Source of the DNA: an uncultured Methanoregulaceae archaeon | GTDB taxonomy: Archaea > Halobacteriota > Methanomicrobia > Methanomicrobiales > Methanospirillaceae | DNA length: 64,000 bases | Assembly: GCA_963717525.1 (NCBI GenBank) | Contig: OY970343.1 | Span: 1,184,001-1,248,000 of the forward strand | Direction of reading: 5' to 3' | Shown: positions 12,074-21,861 of the stretch, in pieces | How positions within the stretch are numbered: position 1 is the first letter of the stretch | How the letters are laid out: every line of letters begins with the position of its first letter | The notes under the pieces: model-generated | Seen by the model: only the letters and a program-made list of their open reading frames with translations | Told to the model about the DNA's origin: nothing | Database searches by the model: none | Translations under genes and position numbers: made by a program

Positions 12074-13307
12074 ATGACCGCAATTGTTCTCCTCTTCAGT
12101 ACCGGTACTTACCCAGGAAAGGTTGTCGTGGCTGGATCAGGCACTCAGATACCATTACCAGCAAACCAGCGGTGAACCCTCAGGCACTCCGGGAGTCGGT
12201 ACCCCGGCGTGTGCGACGATTTTCCTTACCGGTGACGCTCTCTATAGCCTCAACGAAGCTGAATCCCTGAATATATGGTCGTCCGTGCTGTCGTTGCAAC
12301 AGGTCAGGCTCATCTGTGACCGCGATGCTCTGGAGCACCGGGGCATCACCCTTGTCCCGTTAAAAGAACGGTTTCCGGATCAGGTGACCGATCTGCCGGA
12401 CGAGGGCAAAAAAGGCGCCCCGTCTTTCTGGGCCGCCGTTCTCTCCGCGGCCCGGGATCAGTTCCCGCCGACCCCCCTGGGGATCGGGTGGTTGCAGATC
12501 TCATCGCCGTACATGTTTCCCGCTGCGGGATATGGGCTCCTTTGCCTTTCCGCCGCGCTCGATCTCCACTGCGGCGTAAGCCTGTATGCATACCTTGACG
12601 GATGCCATGCATGTCATACCGGCCAGAATCCCGGAGATGCAGAAAATATCGGTGATGCCCTTGAAAGGTTAGCGAAACGTGCGGCAGAAAAAAACCTGCC
12701 CTGCACGGTCATGGTCAGCAGGTATTCTGCCGGCGCACGCGGCTACCAGTCATGGGATGATGGGATGGGGACAATCGGGTCGTCTTGTATCGTCAGGCCT
12801 GCTCATATTAAAGATATGGATGTCATGATCCGCCACATCGGAAACCTCCCTGTCCTGCTCTCAGAGAATGCCGGTATTGTGCACGGCGCCCATTCCCGGG
12901 ATCCGGTTCACGATGCCCCTCATCCCCCGGCAGTTATTGTCCTGATCACCCACAGCCCGTACAGCACCGGGCATGCCTATGGAGGGATCGCGCTTGCCGT
13001 TGCCTGTGCCCACCAGGGGATCCGGACCCAGGTCATCTTCCTTGAAGATGGGATCTATACCCTGACCGGGGAGCACCGGGCGCCCGAGGGGTCATGCTCA
13101 GGACCATTACCCGAGCTCGTCACCCATCTTTCAAAGAGCAAGAACCTGGAGTTCTCTGCACTCTCCCCCTCCTTCCACACGCGCGGGGTTACAAAAAACG
13201 GGACACTTGCGGCGGTTAAAGAGATCGGGTTTCCCGAGCTTGGTACTATCCTGTTTTCGCCACCCCGTGATGCGGGGAGCGGTCTCCGGCGGATCCTGTT
13301 CTTCTGA
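12074..13307 (+). CDS. three-domain DsrE/F/H (TusBCD)-like protein, paralog 1 (apparent +1 frameshift near 12104)
   Basis: Collinear with 23588..24832 (FLTGDALYSL, SPYM, YLDG, ARGY, FLEDGIY, RILFF). ATG 12074 with one base removed gives MTAIVLLFSTVLTQERLSW, which aligns ungapped to the paralog start MTAHFFLIRDILIPERLDW. Confidence 0.8.
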
Positions 13308-13372
13308 CCCTGACGGTACCGGCCCCGTCTGCGGGAAAACCTATTCAAGCAACCCCGGAAAAAGAGACTGCT

Positions 13373-14311
13373 ATGACAGATTCTGCTCTCCGGCTCCGTG
13401 AGGCTGACCGGGCGGAGATCACGGTGCTGGTCGATAATTATATCGACCTCTTTGTTCCTTCGCAAAAATCTATTGACGTGAGACCACCGTTTGCACTGGA
13501 CCGGCCCCTTCTTGCCGAGCATGGCCTTTCCTGTTATGTCAGAGTGTTCGCCAACGGAAAGGAGCACGCCATCCTGATGGATACCGGCCTCTCGTGCGGG
13601 TGCATGCTCCACAATGCCCGTCAGCTCAGGATCAATCCGGGGCAGGCCGGGACGATCGTTCTGAGTCACGGTCATTTCGATCATGTCGGGGGTCTTTCCT
13701 CACTGCTCCAGACTGCAGGGCACCAGATTCCGCTTGTCACCCACCCGGATGCGTTCCTGCGCCGCCGGCTCATGAGCCCGGGGAAAGAACCTGTCGATCT
13801 CCCGCAGCTGGATGCCGTCTCCTTAAAACAGGATGGGGCGGACATCCTTATGCGCCCCGGCCCCTCGCTTCTCGCGTCCGGTCACCTGCTCGTGACCGGT
13901 GAGATAGAACGGACTGTCCCCTTTGAGAAAGGATTTCCCGGAATGGAAGCATGGGCCGGAGATCAATGGGTCCCTGATCAAATCTTAGATGACCAGAGTC
14001 TGGTGATCAATATCAAAGGAAAGGGTCTCGTCGTGATCAGCGGGTGTGCCCATGCAGGGATTATCAACACGATCCGCTATGCCCAGAAGATTACGGGTGT
14101 CGATCACGTATATGCGGTGCTGGGCGGGTTTCACCTGACCGGGCCGCTCTTTGTACCGGTCGTTGGACCAACCATCGATGCAATGAAACGGATAAATCCG
14201 GATTATATTATACCCATGCACTGCACCGGCTGGGACGCGATCAACCGGTTCTTTTCGGCATTGCCCAAAGCCTGTATCCTGAATACCGTGGGGACAACCT
14301 ATAGTTTTTAA
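13373..14311 (+). CDS. metallo-beta-lactamase fold protein (COG1237 / MJ0301-like)
   Basis: AEHGLS, SHGHFDH, SGCAHAG, GGFHL and PMHCTG motifs. Confidence 0.88.
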   Translation: MTDSALRLREADRAEITVLVDNYIDLFVPSQKSIDVRPPFALDRPLLAEHGLSCYVRVFANGKEHAILMDTGLSCGCMLHNARQLRINPGQAGTIVLSHGHFDHVGGLSSLLQTAGHQIPLVTHPDAFLRRRLMSPGKEPVDLPQLDAVSLKQDGADILMRPGPSLLASGHLLVTGEIERTVPFEKGFPGMEAWAGDQWVPDQILDDQSLVINIKGKGLVVISGCAHAGIINTIRYAQKITGVDHVYAVLGGFHLTGPLFVPVVGPTIDAMKRINPDYIIPMHCTGWDAINRFFSALPKACILNTVGTTYSF

Positions 14312-14584
14312 TTATTTTAAAAATTAACTTGCGGCAAATCAACACAGGCAGAATACATTTGATATTCCGATATCGGAGGCCAATTCGCGCGTTGGCAGGA
14401 TTTTGACCCTGTCCGGCTGGTTAGATCGGCCCGGAATTATTTTGTTGAAAAAATATTGGTGAGGAATAAAAGACGAGGGCCAGAAAAACAGAATCGCGTT
14501 CTCACCGGATGTCAATATCTGAAGAAAAACTACGTCGTTAGTTAAGCATTTGAAAAATTAAGAATGCTCGGTTAAAATATTCTG

Positions 14585-14618
14585 GTTTACCATCTGTAAA
14601 CATAACAATGTTTAATTA
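14585..14618 (+). promoter_or_regulatory. putative fwd promoter with overlapping inverted repeats
   Basis: GTTTAC-N5-GTAAAC (14585-14601) and TAAACAT-N4-ATGTTTA (14597-14614) overlap a TATA-like TTTAATTA (14611-14618) in an AT-rich region upstream of fwdG. Confidence 0.45.
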
Positions 14619-14686
14619 CTGTTTCAGGGAAACTCTTGAATTAAGGAATTTGATTCCCAGTAATTGTTTTGTGTGTGTGATAAATT

Positions 14687-14950
14687 ATGGCGTTTTCAGT
14701 ACATGTCAACGTGAACCGGTGCACCGGCTGCGGGAATTGTGTTACCGCCTGTCCGGTAAATGCACTGGAACTGTACACACGTGATCCTGTAACCAATGAG
14801 AAGATCTACCAAGTTCAGGATGGCGTGTCGGTAAGTCTTGATGTCAAGACTGAGTTGTGTGCAGGGTGCGGCGTATGTGTCGAAGCATGCCCGTATGATG
14901 TAATACAGTTATCCGGCAAAGGTTCTGGAGAGTCAGCGGTCAACGTCTGA
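14687..14950 (+). CDS. fwdG: formylmethanofuran dehydrogenase subunit G (2x[4Fe-4S] ferredoxin-like)
   Basis: Two CxxCxxCxxxCP motifs; first gene of the fwd cluster. Confidence 0.85.
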   Translation: MAFSVHVNVNRCTGCGNCVTACPVNALELYTRDPVTNEKIYQVQDGVSVSLDVKTELCAGCGVCVEACPYDVIQLSGKGSGESAVNV

Positions 14951-14977
14951 CCGCAACCATCCTTGTGAGATGATATC

Positions 14978-15388
14978 ATGGTGGAGAAAAAGATCACCCT
15001 TAATATTATTACCTGCCGCACGATCCAGCAGGGCGTCGGCATGGAGGCAGGCAAGACATCCCAGAAATATTTTGATGCCTGCACCATCATCCAGTTGCAC
15101 CCCGAGGATTTCAAGAGACTGGGGGCATGGAAGAACACGAATGTCCGCGTTACGAGCAGTGTCGGGAGCGTCATTTTAAAGGCTGTCGAGACCCGCGAGG
15201 ACCTTGTCCCGGGTCTTGCCCACATCCCGATGGGGCCCTGGGCAAACCATATTGTCCCGGCATACACGTTCTCAACCGGTGAGCCCTGTTTCAAGGGATT
15301 CCCGGCGGATATAGAGGTTGCCGCAAACGCACGGATCATGGGAGCAATCGAAATTCTGCAGGACGCCTGCGGACTTATCAGGAAGTGA
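14978..15388 (+). CDS. fwdD: formylmethanofuran dehydrogenase subunit D
   Basis: RTIQQG, IPMGPWAN and TGEPCFKG molybdopterin dinucleotide-binding domain. Confidence 0.92.
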   Translation: MVEKKITLNIITCRTIQQGVGMEAGKTSQKYFDACTIIQLHPEDFKRLGAWKNTNVRVTSSVGSVILKAVETREDLVPGLAHIPMGPWANHIVPAYTFSTGEPCFKGFPADIEVAANARIMGAIEILQDACGLIRK

Positions 15389-15394
15389 TGACAG

Positions 15395-16720
15395 ATGCCA
15401 AAAGAAGTAACTGATGTTATCTGCCCGTTCTGTGGTACGCTGTGCGACGATGTCCGCATTACTGTCTCCGATGACAATAAGACGATCCTCGGAGTCAAGA
15501 ACGCATGTGCCATCGGCGCCGAGAAGTTCAACCACCAGCGGCTCCCGGGCCGTGTCAAGCGCCCGCGGATGCGCCAGGCCGACGGGACCTACAAGGAGAT
15601 CACCTACGATGAGGCGATTGACTGGACCGCAAAGATGCTCGTCAAGTCACGAAAGACCCTGATGTACGGCTGGGCATCCACCAGCTGCCAGGCCATGAGC
15701 ATCGGCCACGAAATTGCAGAAAAGACCGGTTGCATTGTCGACAACTGTGCAACCGTCTGCCACGGCTCTTCCCTGATCGCCATAGAGGATGTCGGTGTCC
15801 CGAGCTGTACGCTTGGTGAAGTCAAGAACCGTGCTGACCGCGTTATCTTCTGGGGCTGCAACCCGGCACACGCCCACCCCCGCCACATGTCACGGTACTC
15901 GATCTTCCCGCGTGGTTTCTTCACTGTCAAGGGCCACAAGGGCCGGAAGATCTACTGTGTCGACTGCCGGTACACCGATACTGCAAAGTGCGCTGATGAG
16001 TTTATCCAGGTACAGCAGGGATACGACTATGAACTGCTCAACGCGTTCCGCACAGCAGCACGCGGCGAAGCACTCCCCGACACGGTTGGCGGTGTCCCCA
16101 AAGAGAAGATCATCGAGATCGTTGAAGACTTAAAGACCGCACGCTTCGGTATCATCTTCTTCGGTATGGGCCTCACCCATACGATGGGCAGGAACCACAA
16201 TATCGATATCGCCATCAACCTGACCCGTGACATGAACGACTTCACGAAATTTGCGATCATGGCCATGAGGGGCCACTGGAACGTTACCGGTTCCGGCCAG
16301 GTACTTGGCTGGCAATACGGGTTCCCGTACGCTGTTGACCTCTCGAGGAGAGACCAGGCCCGCCACCAGACCGGCGAGACAACCTCGGTCGACCTCCTCA
16401 ACCGCAACGAAGTCGAAGCCTGTTTTTATATTGCAACCGACCCAGGTGCACACTTCCCGGTCGATGCAATGATCAGCAGTTCCAAGAAACCGACCGTCAC
16501 CATCGATCCGCACATCAACTGCACGACCGAGATCTCAGATATTCACATCCCGGTCGCCATGGTCGGTGTCGAAGTCGGCGGATGTGCCTACCGTATGGAC
16601 AACGTCCCTATCGAGACCCGCAAAGTAGTGGACCCGCCGGAGGGTGTGCTGACTGACGAGGAACTCCTGACCAGGATCAACCAGCGCGTTGATGAACTCC
16701 TTGCCAAGGGAGGTGCGTAA
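15395..16720 (+). CDS. fwdB: formylmethanofuran dehydrogenase subunit B (Mo/W-pterin; Cys ligand)
   Basis: CPFCGTLCDD, TVCHGSS, WGCNPAHAHPRH and MRGHWNV. Confidence 0.96.
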   Translation: MPKEVTDVICPFCGTLCDDVRITVSDDNKTILGVKNACAIGAEKFNHQRLPGRVKRPRMRQADGTYKEITYDEAIDWTAKMLVKSRKTLMYGWASTSCQAMSIGHEIAEKTGCIVDNCATVCHGSSLIAIEDVGVPSCTLGEVKNRADRVIFWGCNPAHAHPRHMSRYSIFPRGFFTVKGHKGRKIYCVDCRYTDTAKCADEFIQVQQGYDYELLNAFRTAARGEALPDTVGGVPKEKIIEIVEDLKTARFGIIFFGMGLTHTMGRNHNIDIAINLTRDMNDFTKFAIMAMRGHWNVTGSGQVLGWQYGFPYAVDLSRRDQARHQTGETTSVDLLNRNEVEACFYIATDPGAHFPVDAMISSSKKPTVTIDPHINCTTEISDIHIPVAMVGVEVGGCAYRMDNVPIETRKVVDPPEGVLTDEELLTRINQRVDELLAKGGA

Positions 16721-18427
16721 ATGTCAGAATATATCATCAAGAACGGACACGTCTTTGACCCGGTCCAAGGAATCAAAGGAGACAAGAAAGATATCGCCGT
16801 CAAGGACGGCAAGATTGTTGACACGGTCGGGTCCTCGGCAAAGACCATCGATGCCAAAGGCAAGACTGTCATGGCCGGGGCACTGGATATCCATGCCCAC
16901 GTGGCAGGCCCCAAGGTAAACGCCGGCCGCTGGTATCGTCCCGAAGACAAACACTTCGACTCCCATAAGAAGCCCGGTATCACCCGTATCGAAGGCGGCA
17001 AGTCCATCCCGACGGTCTTTAAAACCGGGTACGCATACGCACGGATGGGGTTCACCTTTGTCATGGAAGCGGCTATGCCCCCCATGTACGCACGCCACGT
17101 GCACGAGGAGATTCATGACACGCCGATCATCGATGAGGCTGCGCTCCCATTGTTCGGGAACAACTGGTTTATCTTGGAGTACCTCAAAAACCAGGAGATC
17201 GAGAACACAGCCGCATACATTGCCTGGATCCTCCGCCAGACCAAAGGATACGGTGTCAAGTGCGTCAATCCCGGCGGCACTGAAGCCTGGGCATGGGGAC
17301 TCAATTGCCTGACTATCCACGACCCGGTGCCCTACTTCGACATCACACCCTCAGAGATCATCACCGGCCTGATGAAGGCCAACGAGTACCTTGGTCTCCC
17401 GCATTCGTTCCATGTCCACCAGAACGATCTGGGCAACCCCGGTAACTACACGGTGACGCTCGACACACTCAAGCTTGCCGAGGGTATCAAGCCGAAGAAC
17501 AACTTCGGCCGCGAACAGGTCATGCACTCGACCCACCTCCAGTTCCACTCGTATGGCGGCGACAGTTTCGCGAACATCGATTCAAAGGCAAAAGAGGTCA
17601 TGGACTACGTCAACAAGAACAAGAACATCACCATGGACACGGGCAATGTTACCCTTGACGAAACCACGACCATGACCGCTGATGGGCCGTTCGAGCACCA
17701 CCTCCATGCGCTCAACCATCTCAAGTGGTTCAACGTGGACGTCGAACTGGAGACCGGCGCTGGTGTTGTGCCATATATCTACAGCCCGAACGTTTCGGTT
17801 AATGCAATCCAGTGGGCCATCGGGCTTGAACTTGCCCTCTTTGCGAAGGACCCGATGCGCTGCTTTATTACCACTGACCACCCGAACGCAGGCCCATTCA
17901 CCCGTTACCCCCGTGTCTATTCCTGGCTGATGAGCAAAAAAGTCCGTGATGAACGCCTGAACACGTTCAAGAACGCTGACAAGGTCATTGGTGCGACATA
18001 CCTCGCCGAGATCGACCGCGAAATCACGCTCTACGAGCTGGCCCAGATGACCCGCGCCGGCCCGGCGAAAGCTCTTGGCCTTGGAAAAGATTACGGGGGC
18101 CTCGCCCCCGGCATGAATGCAGATATTGCGATCTACAACATCGACCCGGACAAGTTCCCCTCCACCGGTGCCGATATCGAGAAAGCGTTTGCAAACGTGG
18201 CGTACCTCTTCAAGGATGGGAAGATCTGTGTTGAAGAAGGGAAGGTCGTTGACATGGGCAACAAGCACACCTTCTGGGTGGATGCCAAGGTCAAGGAGAA
18301 CAAGCAGGTCATGCATGATATCAGGGAAAAGTTCCTCAAATACTACAGTCTCAACGAGAACAACTACCCCGTTCCCGAGAGTTATGCACCGCACCAGCAC
18401 ATTCTGACCGTGGATGCGGTTCAGTGA
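16721..18427 (+). CDS. fwdA: formylmethanofuran dehydrogenase subunit A
   Basis: DIHAHVAGPKVN, KCVNPGG and TTDHPNAGPF amidohydrolase motifs. Confidence 0.97.
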   Translation: MSEYIIKNGHVFDPVQGIKGDKKDIAVKDGKIVDTVGSSAKTIDAKGKTVMAGALDIHAHVAGPKVNAGRWYRPEDKHFDSHKKPGITRIEGGKSIPTVFKTGYAYARMGFTFVMEAAMPPMYARHVHEEIHDTPIIDEAALPLFGNNWFILEYLKNQEIENTAAYIAWILRQTKGYGVKCVNPGGTEAWAWGLNCLTIHDPVPYFDITPSEIITGLMKANEYLGLPHSFHVHQNDLGNPGNYTVTLDTLKLAEGIKPKNNFGREQVMHSTHLQFHSYGGDSFANIDSKAKEVMDYVNKNKNITMDTGNVTLDETTTMTADGPFEHHLHALNHLKWFNVDVELETGAGVVPYIYSPNVSVNAIQWAIGLELALFAKDPMRCFITTDHPNAGPFTRYPRVYSWLMSKKVRDERLNTFKNADKVIGATYLAEIDREITLYELAQMTRAGPAKALGLGKDYGGLAPGMNADIAIYNIDPDKFPSTGADIEKAFANVAYLFKDGKICVEEGKVVDMGNKHTFWVDAKVKENKQVMHDIREKFLKYYSLNENNYPVPESYAPHQHILTVDAVQ

Positions 18428-18438
18428 GGTGACAAGGA

Positions 18439-19239
18439 ATGGACACGATTACACTGACTGTAAAGAAAGTGCCGGAGATCTATCTTGAATGCGAGAGTCT
18501 GAACCCCGACACCTTTGCCGGTAAGACCGCTGATCAGATCGCAAAACTTTCGGCATACCAGGGCAAGGAAATGTCCACCCTCGGTGAATATTTCACCATT
18601 GCGGGCAACGCCGGGGCAACAGCAGCCGAGACGAAGATCATCGTAAACGGTGACTGCTCCAAGATGAAGTACATCGGCGCGAAGATGACCGCCGGTGAGA
18701 TGGTGGTCAACTCCGACTGCGATATGTACACCGGCAGCTGGATGAGCGGAGGCAAGCTCCTTGTCAAGGGGAACGTCCACTCGTTCTGCGGCCTTGCCCT
18801 GAAAGGCGGGGAGTTTACCATCGAAGGCAATGCCGGCAACTACCTCGGCGCCGCATACCGTGGCGACTGGAGAGGGATGTCAGGCGGCGTCCTCCGCGTG
18901 AAGGGTAATGCCGGCTCCGATGTCGCAACCTTCATGACCGGCGGCGAGATGATCATCGAAGGCAATGTCGATATCCACCTTGGCACCCATATGGAGGGTG
19001 GCAAGATCATCCTCAAGGGCAACGCGAACCGCCGTGTTGGTGGCCAGCTGGTCAAGGGCGAGATCTATGTGTTCGGGAAAATCAATGTGATGATGCCCGG
19101 CTATAAGAAAACCGGCGAGGTCGATCTCGAAGTTGACGGTACCAAAGCCAGATTTACCGAATATATCGGAGACCTCGGTGAGCGCCACCCCAAGAGGAAA
19201 GGCGAGACCGTTTACGGCAAGCTCTATATGAAAAAATAA
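18439..19239 (+). CDS. fwdC: formylmethanofuran dehydrogenase subunit C
   Basis: GXGXG beta-helix repeats and AYRGDWRGMSGG. Confidence 0.96.
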   Translation: MDTITLTVKKVPEIYLECESLNPDTFAGKTADQIAKLSAYQGKEMSTLGEYFTIAGNAGATAAETKIIVNGDCSKMKYIGAKMTAGEMVVNSDCDMYTGSWMSGGKLLVKGNVHSFCGLALKGGEFTIEGNAGNYLGAAYRGDWRGMSGGVLRVKGNAGSDVATFMTGGEMIIEGNVDIHLGTHMEGGKIILKGNANRRVGGQLVKGEIYVFGKINVMMPGYKKTGEVDLEVDGTKARFTEYIGDLGERHPKRKGETVYGKLYMKK

Positions 19240-19294
19240 TTTTTTTCATTTTTAAAAACGTTATCCGGTCGATTGGATGGGATCTTTTGATCCC
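19231..19294 (+). terminator. T-rich terminator after fwdC and short hairpin between convergent genes
   Basis: TAATTTTTTTCATTTTT directly after the stop; GGGATC-TTTT-GATCCC hairpin near 19279. Confidence 0.5.
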
Positions 19295-19376
19295 CTGTGA
19301 AGGGGCCTGCTTTCCTCATGGGGGAGGAGGTGCTGCTCGTCAAACCAGCGGTCATAACCGTGTTGCAGCGCACTCG

Positions 19377-19775
19377 TCAAACGGATTCCTGCCGGTCATG
19401 AACTGCACCGCCACCTCCCTGCCGGACATCCATCTTCTGCCCGATTGATGTTTCAATCCCTTTGAGCGTCGCAATCCCTGCCGGGCCTTCCCGGTAGTAA
19501 AAGAGGAGGAGATGGAAAAAATCAGCGGTGAGATCCGCAAACTCTTTCCGGTACCGGACCTCGACGCTGGTATCCCCCACAAAGCCCTTGATGGAGATGA
19601 ACCGTTCCTTCTCAAACGAGAAGTAGGGGTGCCGGAGGTGTGAGAACGATCGGACAGTCCCAAAGCCCTCAAGAAAGTCCAGGAATTCCGGGGTCAGGGG
19701 TTCATCGATCAGGAATTCTTTCATCAGCGAGCCGTCCACGCAGACCTTCGATTGCACCGACCTAAGGATCCGCAC
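19377..19775 (-). CDS. hypothetical protein, translationally coupled to the cysteine desulfurase
   Basis: GTG start overlaps the desulfurase 3' end by 14 nt; protein-like composition, single Cys (KVCVDGS). Confidence 0.7.
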   Translation of the reverse strand: MRILRSVQSKVCVDGSLMKEFLIDEPLTPEFLDFLEGFGTVRSFSHLRHPYFSFEKERFISIKGFVGDTSVEVRYRKEFADLTADFFHLLLFYYREGPAGIATLKGIETSIGQKMDVRQGGGGAVHDRQESV

Positions 19776-20940
19776 TGTCTGCCACCTCGCAGATCGCGGT
19801 GATCGCCTTCCTGCATTCGTCCATCGTGGTAAAGTAGCCAGGGCTCACCCGGATGCAGCCGGTTCCATTATCGATACGCTCGTGGACAAGCGGTGCGCAG
19901 TGGAGGCCGGTCCGGGTGATGATCCTATAGGCCCGCGATAGAATATATCCGGCGTCATCGGGAGGGATCCCGGCAATGTTGAAAGATATGACCGGAAGAT
20001 CGGGATCCGAGGAGTACAACCTGATGTTCCGGTGCCCGGCAAGTTCACGGGTGAAGAGGTGCGTGAGCGTGCGATCATGCGCACCGATAGCATCGATACC
20101 GGTCCTGTTGATAAAGCGAAGGCCGGCATACAGGGAGGCAATACCGGGATAGTTGGGAGTGCCGGCCTCGAAACGCTCAGGCATCCCGGCCGGGTGAGAA
20201 AGCGTCCGCGAATCGGTACCGGTCCCCCCTTCGCGGGTAATGGCCACCCGAGTGGGGTCCCGTATCCAGAAGCCGCCGGTCCCCGGCATGCCGTAGAGTG
20301 CCTTGTGGCCGGTGAAGACAAAGGCGTCCAGGGAAACCTGCGAAAGATCCAGCAGGACGAGGCCTGCAGTCTGCGATCCGTCGACAACAAAGAAAATATC
20401 GTTTACGGCAAGGTATTCCCCGACTGTTCGGATATCCTGTACCGTACCGAGCACATTGCTGCCATGCGTCATAACCACCAGCCGGGTTTCCGGCCGCACG
20501 GCTTTTTTTATGCTGCATGGGTCGACCCTGCCATCGGGGTCTGAAGGCACGACCGTGTACGACAGGCAACCGTCACGTTCGAGAGCATGGAGCGGGCGGA
20601 GCACGGAATTGTGTTCAAGATCGGTCGTGACTACATGGAACAGCGCATCATTGCGACGAGCAAAACCATGTATCAGGGTATTGAGCGAATCCGTCGCATT
20701 CGCGGTAAAGACCCAGCGATCCGGATGTTCTGCAGAGAAGAACTCTGCGAGGAGCTCCCGTGTCTCCGCCGGATAATCAGGGGCTGAAAAAAACGCCGAA
20801 CGCCCGGCCTCTGCAAACGGCTGGCTGAGGCATCGGGTCACCTCAGCAATCACCTCCGGGGGCTTGGGCCAGCTGGTCGCGGCATTATTGAGGTATATAA
20901 ACGGCGTTTTGGCCTGTTGATGCGGATCGGGGAGGGGCAT
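19762..20940 (-). CDS. cysteine desulfurase (PLP aminotransferase class V, SufS/group II-like)
   Basis: YLNNAATS, EHNSV, DGSQTAG, FTGHK (PLP Lys) and RTGLHCAP (catalytic Cys). Confidence 0.9.
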   Translation of the reverse strand: MPLPDPHQQAKTPFIYLNNAATSWPKPPEVIAEVTRCLSQPFAEAGRSAFFSAPDYPAETRELLAEFFSAEHPDRWVFTANATDSLNTLIHGFARRNDALFHVVTTDLEHNSVLRPLHALERDGCLSYTVVPSDPDGRVDPCSIKKAVRPETRLVVMTHGSNVLGTVQDIRTVGEYLAVNDIFFVVDGSQTAGLVLLDLSQVSLDAFVFTGHKALYGMPGTGGFWIRDPTRVAITREGGTGTDSRTLSHPAGMPERFEAGTPNYPGIASLYAGLRFINRTGIDAIGAHDRTLTHLFTRELAGHRNIRLYSSDPDLPVISFNIAGIPPDDAGYILSRAYRIITRTGLHCAPLVHERIDNGTGCIRVSPGYFTTMDECRKAITAICEVADSADP

Positions 20941-21105
20941 GAGCGTACTACATACTTTTTACCGGCGTGCCTTAATGGCTTTGTCGATAATTTTTTAATC
21001 GGAACGCCGCATCCCGGCCCGGGTGACGTCAAAAAAAGATCAAATACAATATGCTAATAAAGCGTGAATTCCTATATGGAGATACACTATTTCGAGGCTA
21101 TTCCT

Positions 21106-21366
21106 ATGGACACGTACAGGTGCATGATGTGTGGTCATATCTATGACCCGGCAAAAGGCGAGCCTAAGGCATTCCAGACCATCCTGTGTAATTTTGAGCA
21201 CATGGATGATTACCAGTGCAAACCCGGTGCAGAGATGTCAGTCAAAGCAGGAACCTCCTTCTCCGCTCTTCCGGGTGACTGGAAGTGCCCGACCTGCGGG
21301 CACCCCAAGTCATATTACCAGAAGGTTGTCCCTGACACCCTTGCATCCATGCGAACGGTCAGCTGA
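21106..21366 (+). CDS. rubredoxin with internal insertion
   Basis: YRCMMCGHIYDP...LPGDWKCPTCG. Confidence 0.85.
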   Translation: MDTYRCMMCGHIYDPAKGEPKAFQTILCNFEHMDDYQCKPGAEMSVKAGTSFSALPGDWKCPTCGHPKSYYQKVVPDTLASMRTVS

Positions 21367-21523
21367 CTAAAAAGTACCGTCCGCATCCTTTTTTACAAAA
21401 TTTCATTAATTTTTTCCCATTTGTTTACAATAAATGATCCCCGGATAGCCGGGCCTGATCCACCGTTGCCGGTGCCAGGACGGGGATTATCTGATCATGA
21501 CTGTCGGGGTCTGAGTTCAGGAA

Positions 21524-21751
21524 TTACTGGTATCCAGCTACTTCGATGCGGGGGATCTTCCCCTCAATGGTCTCCTGGTACAGCCGCTCAGGGAATGTCG
21601 CATGGAAAAGGGCACTGTACGCCTCATAAGGCACCGGCGCATAATATCTCCGCACTCCTCCCGGTAAAACCACAACCAGTCTCTTGTTCTCGATATCGTA
21701 CCCCAGTTCGCGGATCCCATTGGAAACAAATCTGTCCCAGACTATACTCAT
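21524..21751 (-). CDS. KTSC domain protein
   Basis: SNGIRELGYD...L.V...GG...Y..VP...Y..L pattern typical of KTSC. Confidence 0.7.
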   Translation of the reverse strand: MSIVWDRFVSNGIRELGYDIENKRLVVVLPGGVRRYYAPVPYEAYSALFHATFPERLYQETIEGKIPRIEVAGYQ

Positions 21752-21861
21752 TGCACACAACCTCCATGCACAACCGGATTTGGTTGTAACTGCCGACCGT
21801 TATGCCTCCGGGACGATAAATGTTTGCCGGGAGCTGCAATTGAAAAAAGAGACCGAAGAGG

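Noticed and set aside
12598..12620. c-type cytochrome based on CHACH
   Set aside because: It lies in a cytoplasmic DsrE-fold context, there is no signal peptide, and the paralog has IHIGH; kept only as a possible dithiol/metal site.
15740..15770. Selenocysteine-type FwdB (FwuB)
   Set aside because: The ligand codon is TGC (TVCHG); there is no in-frame TGA.
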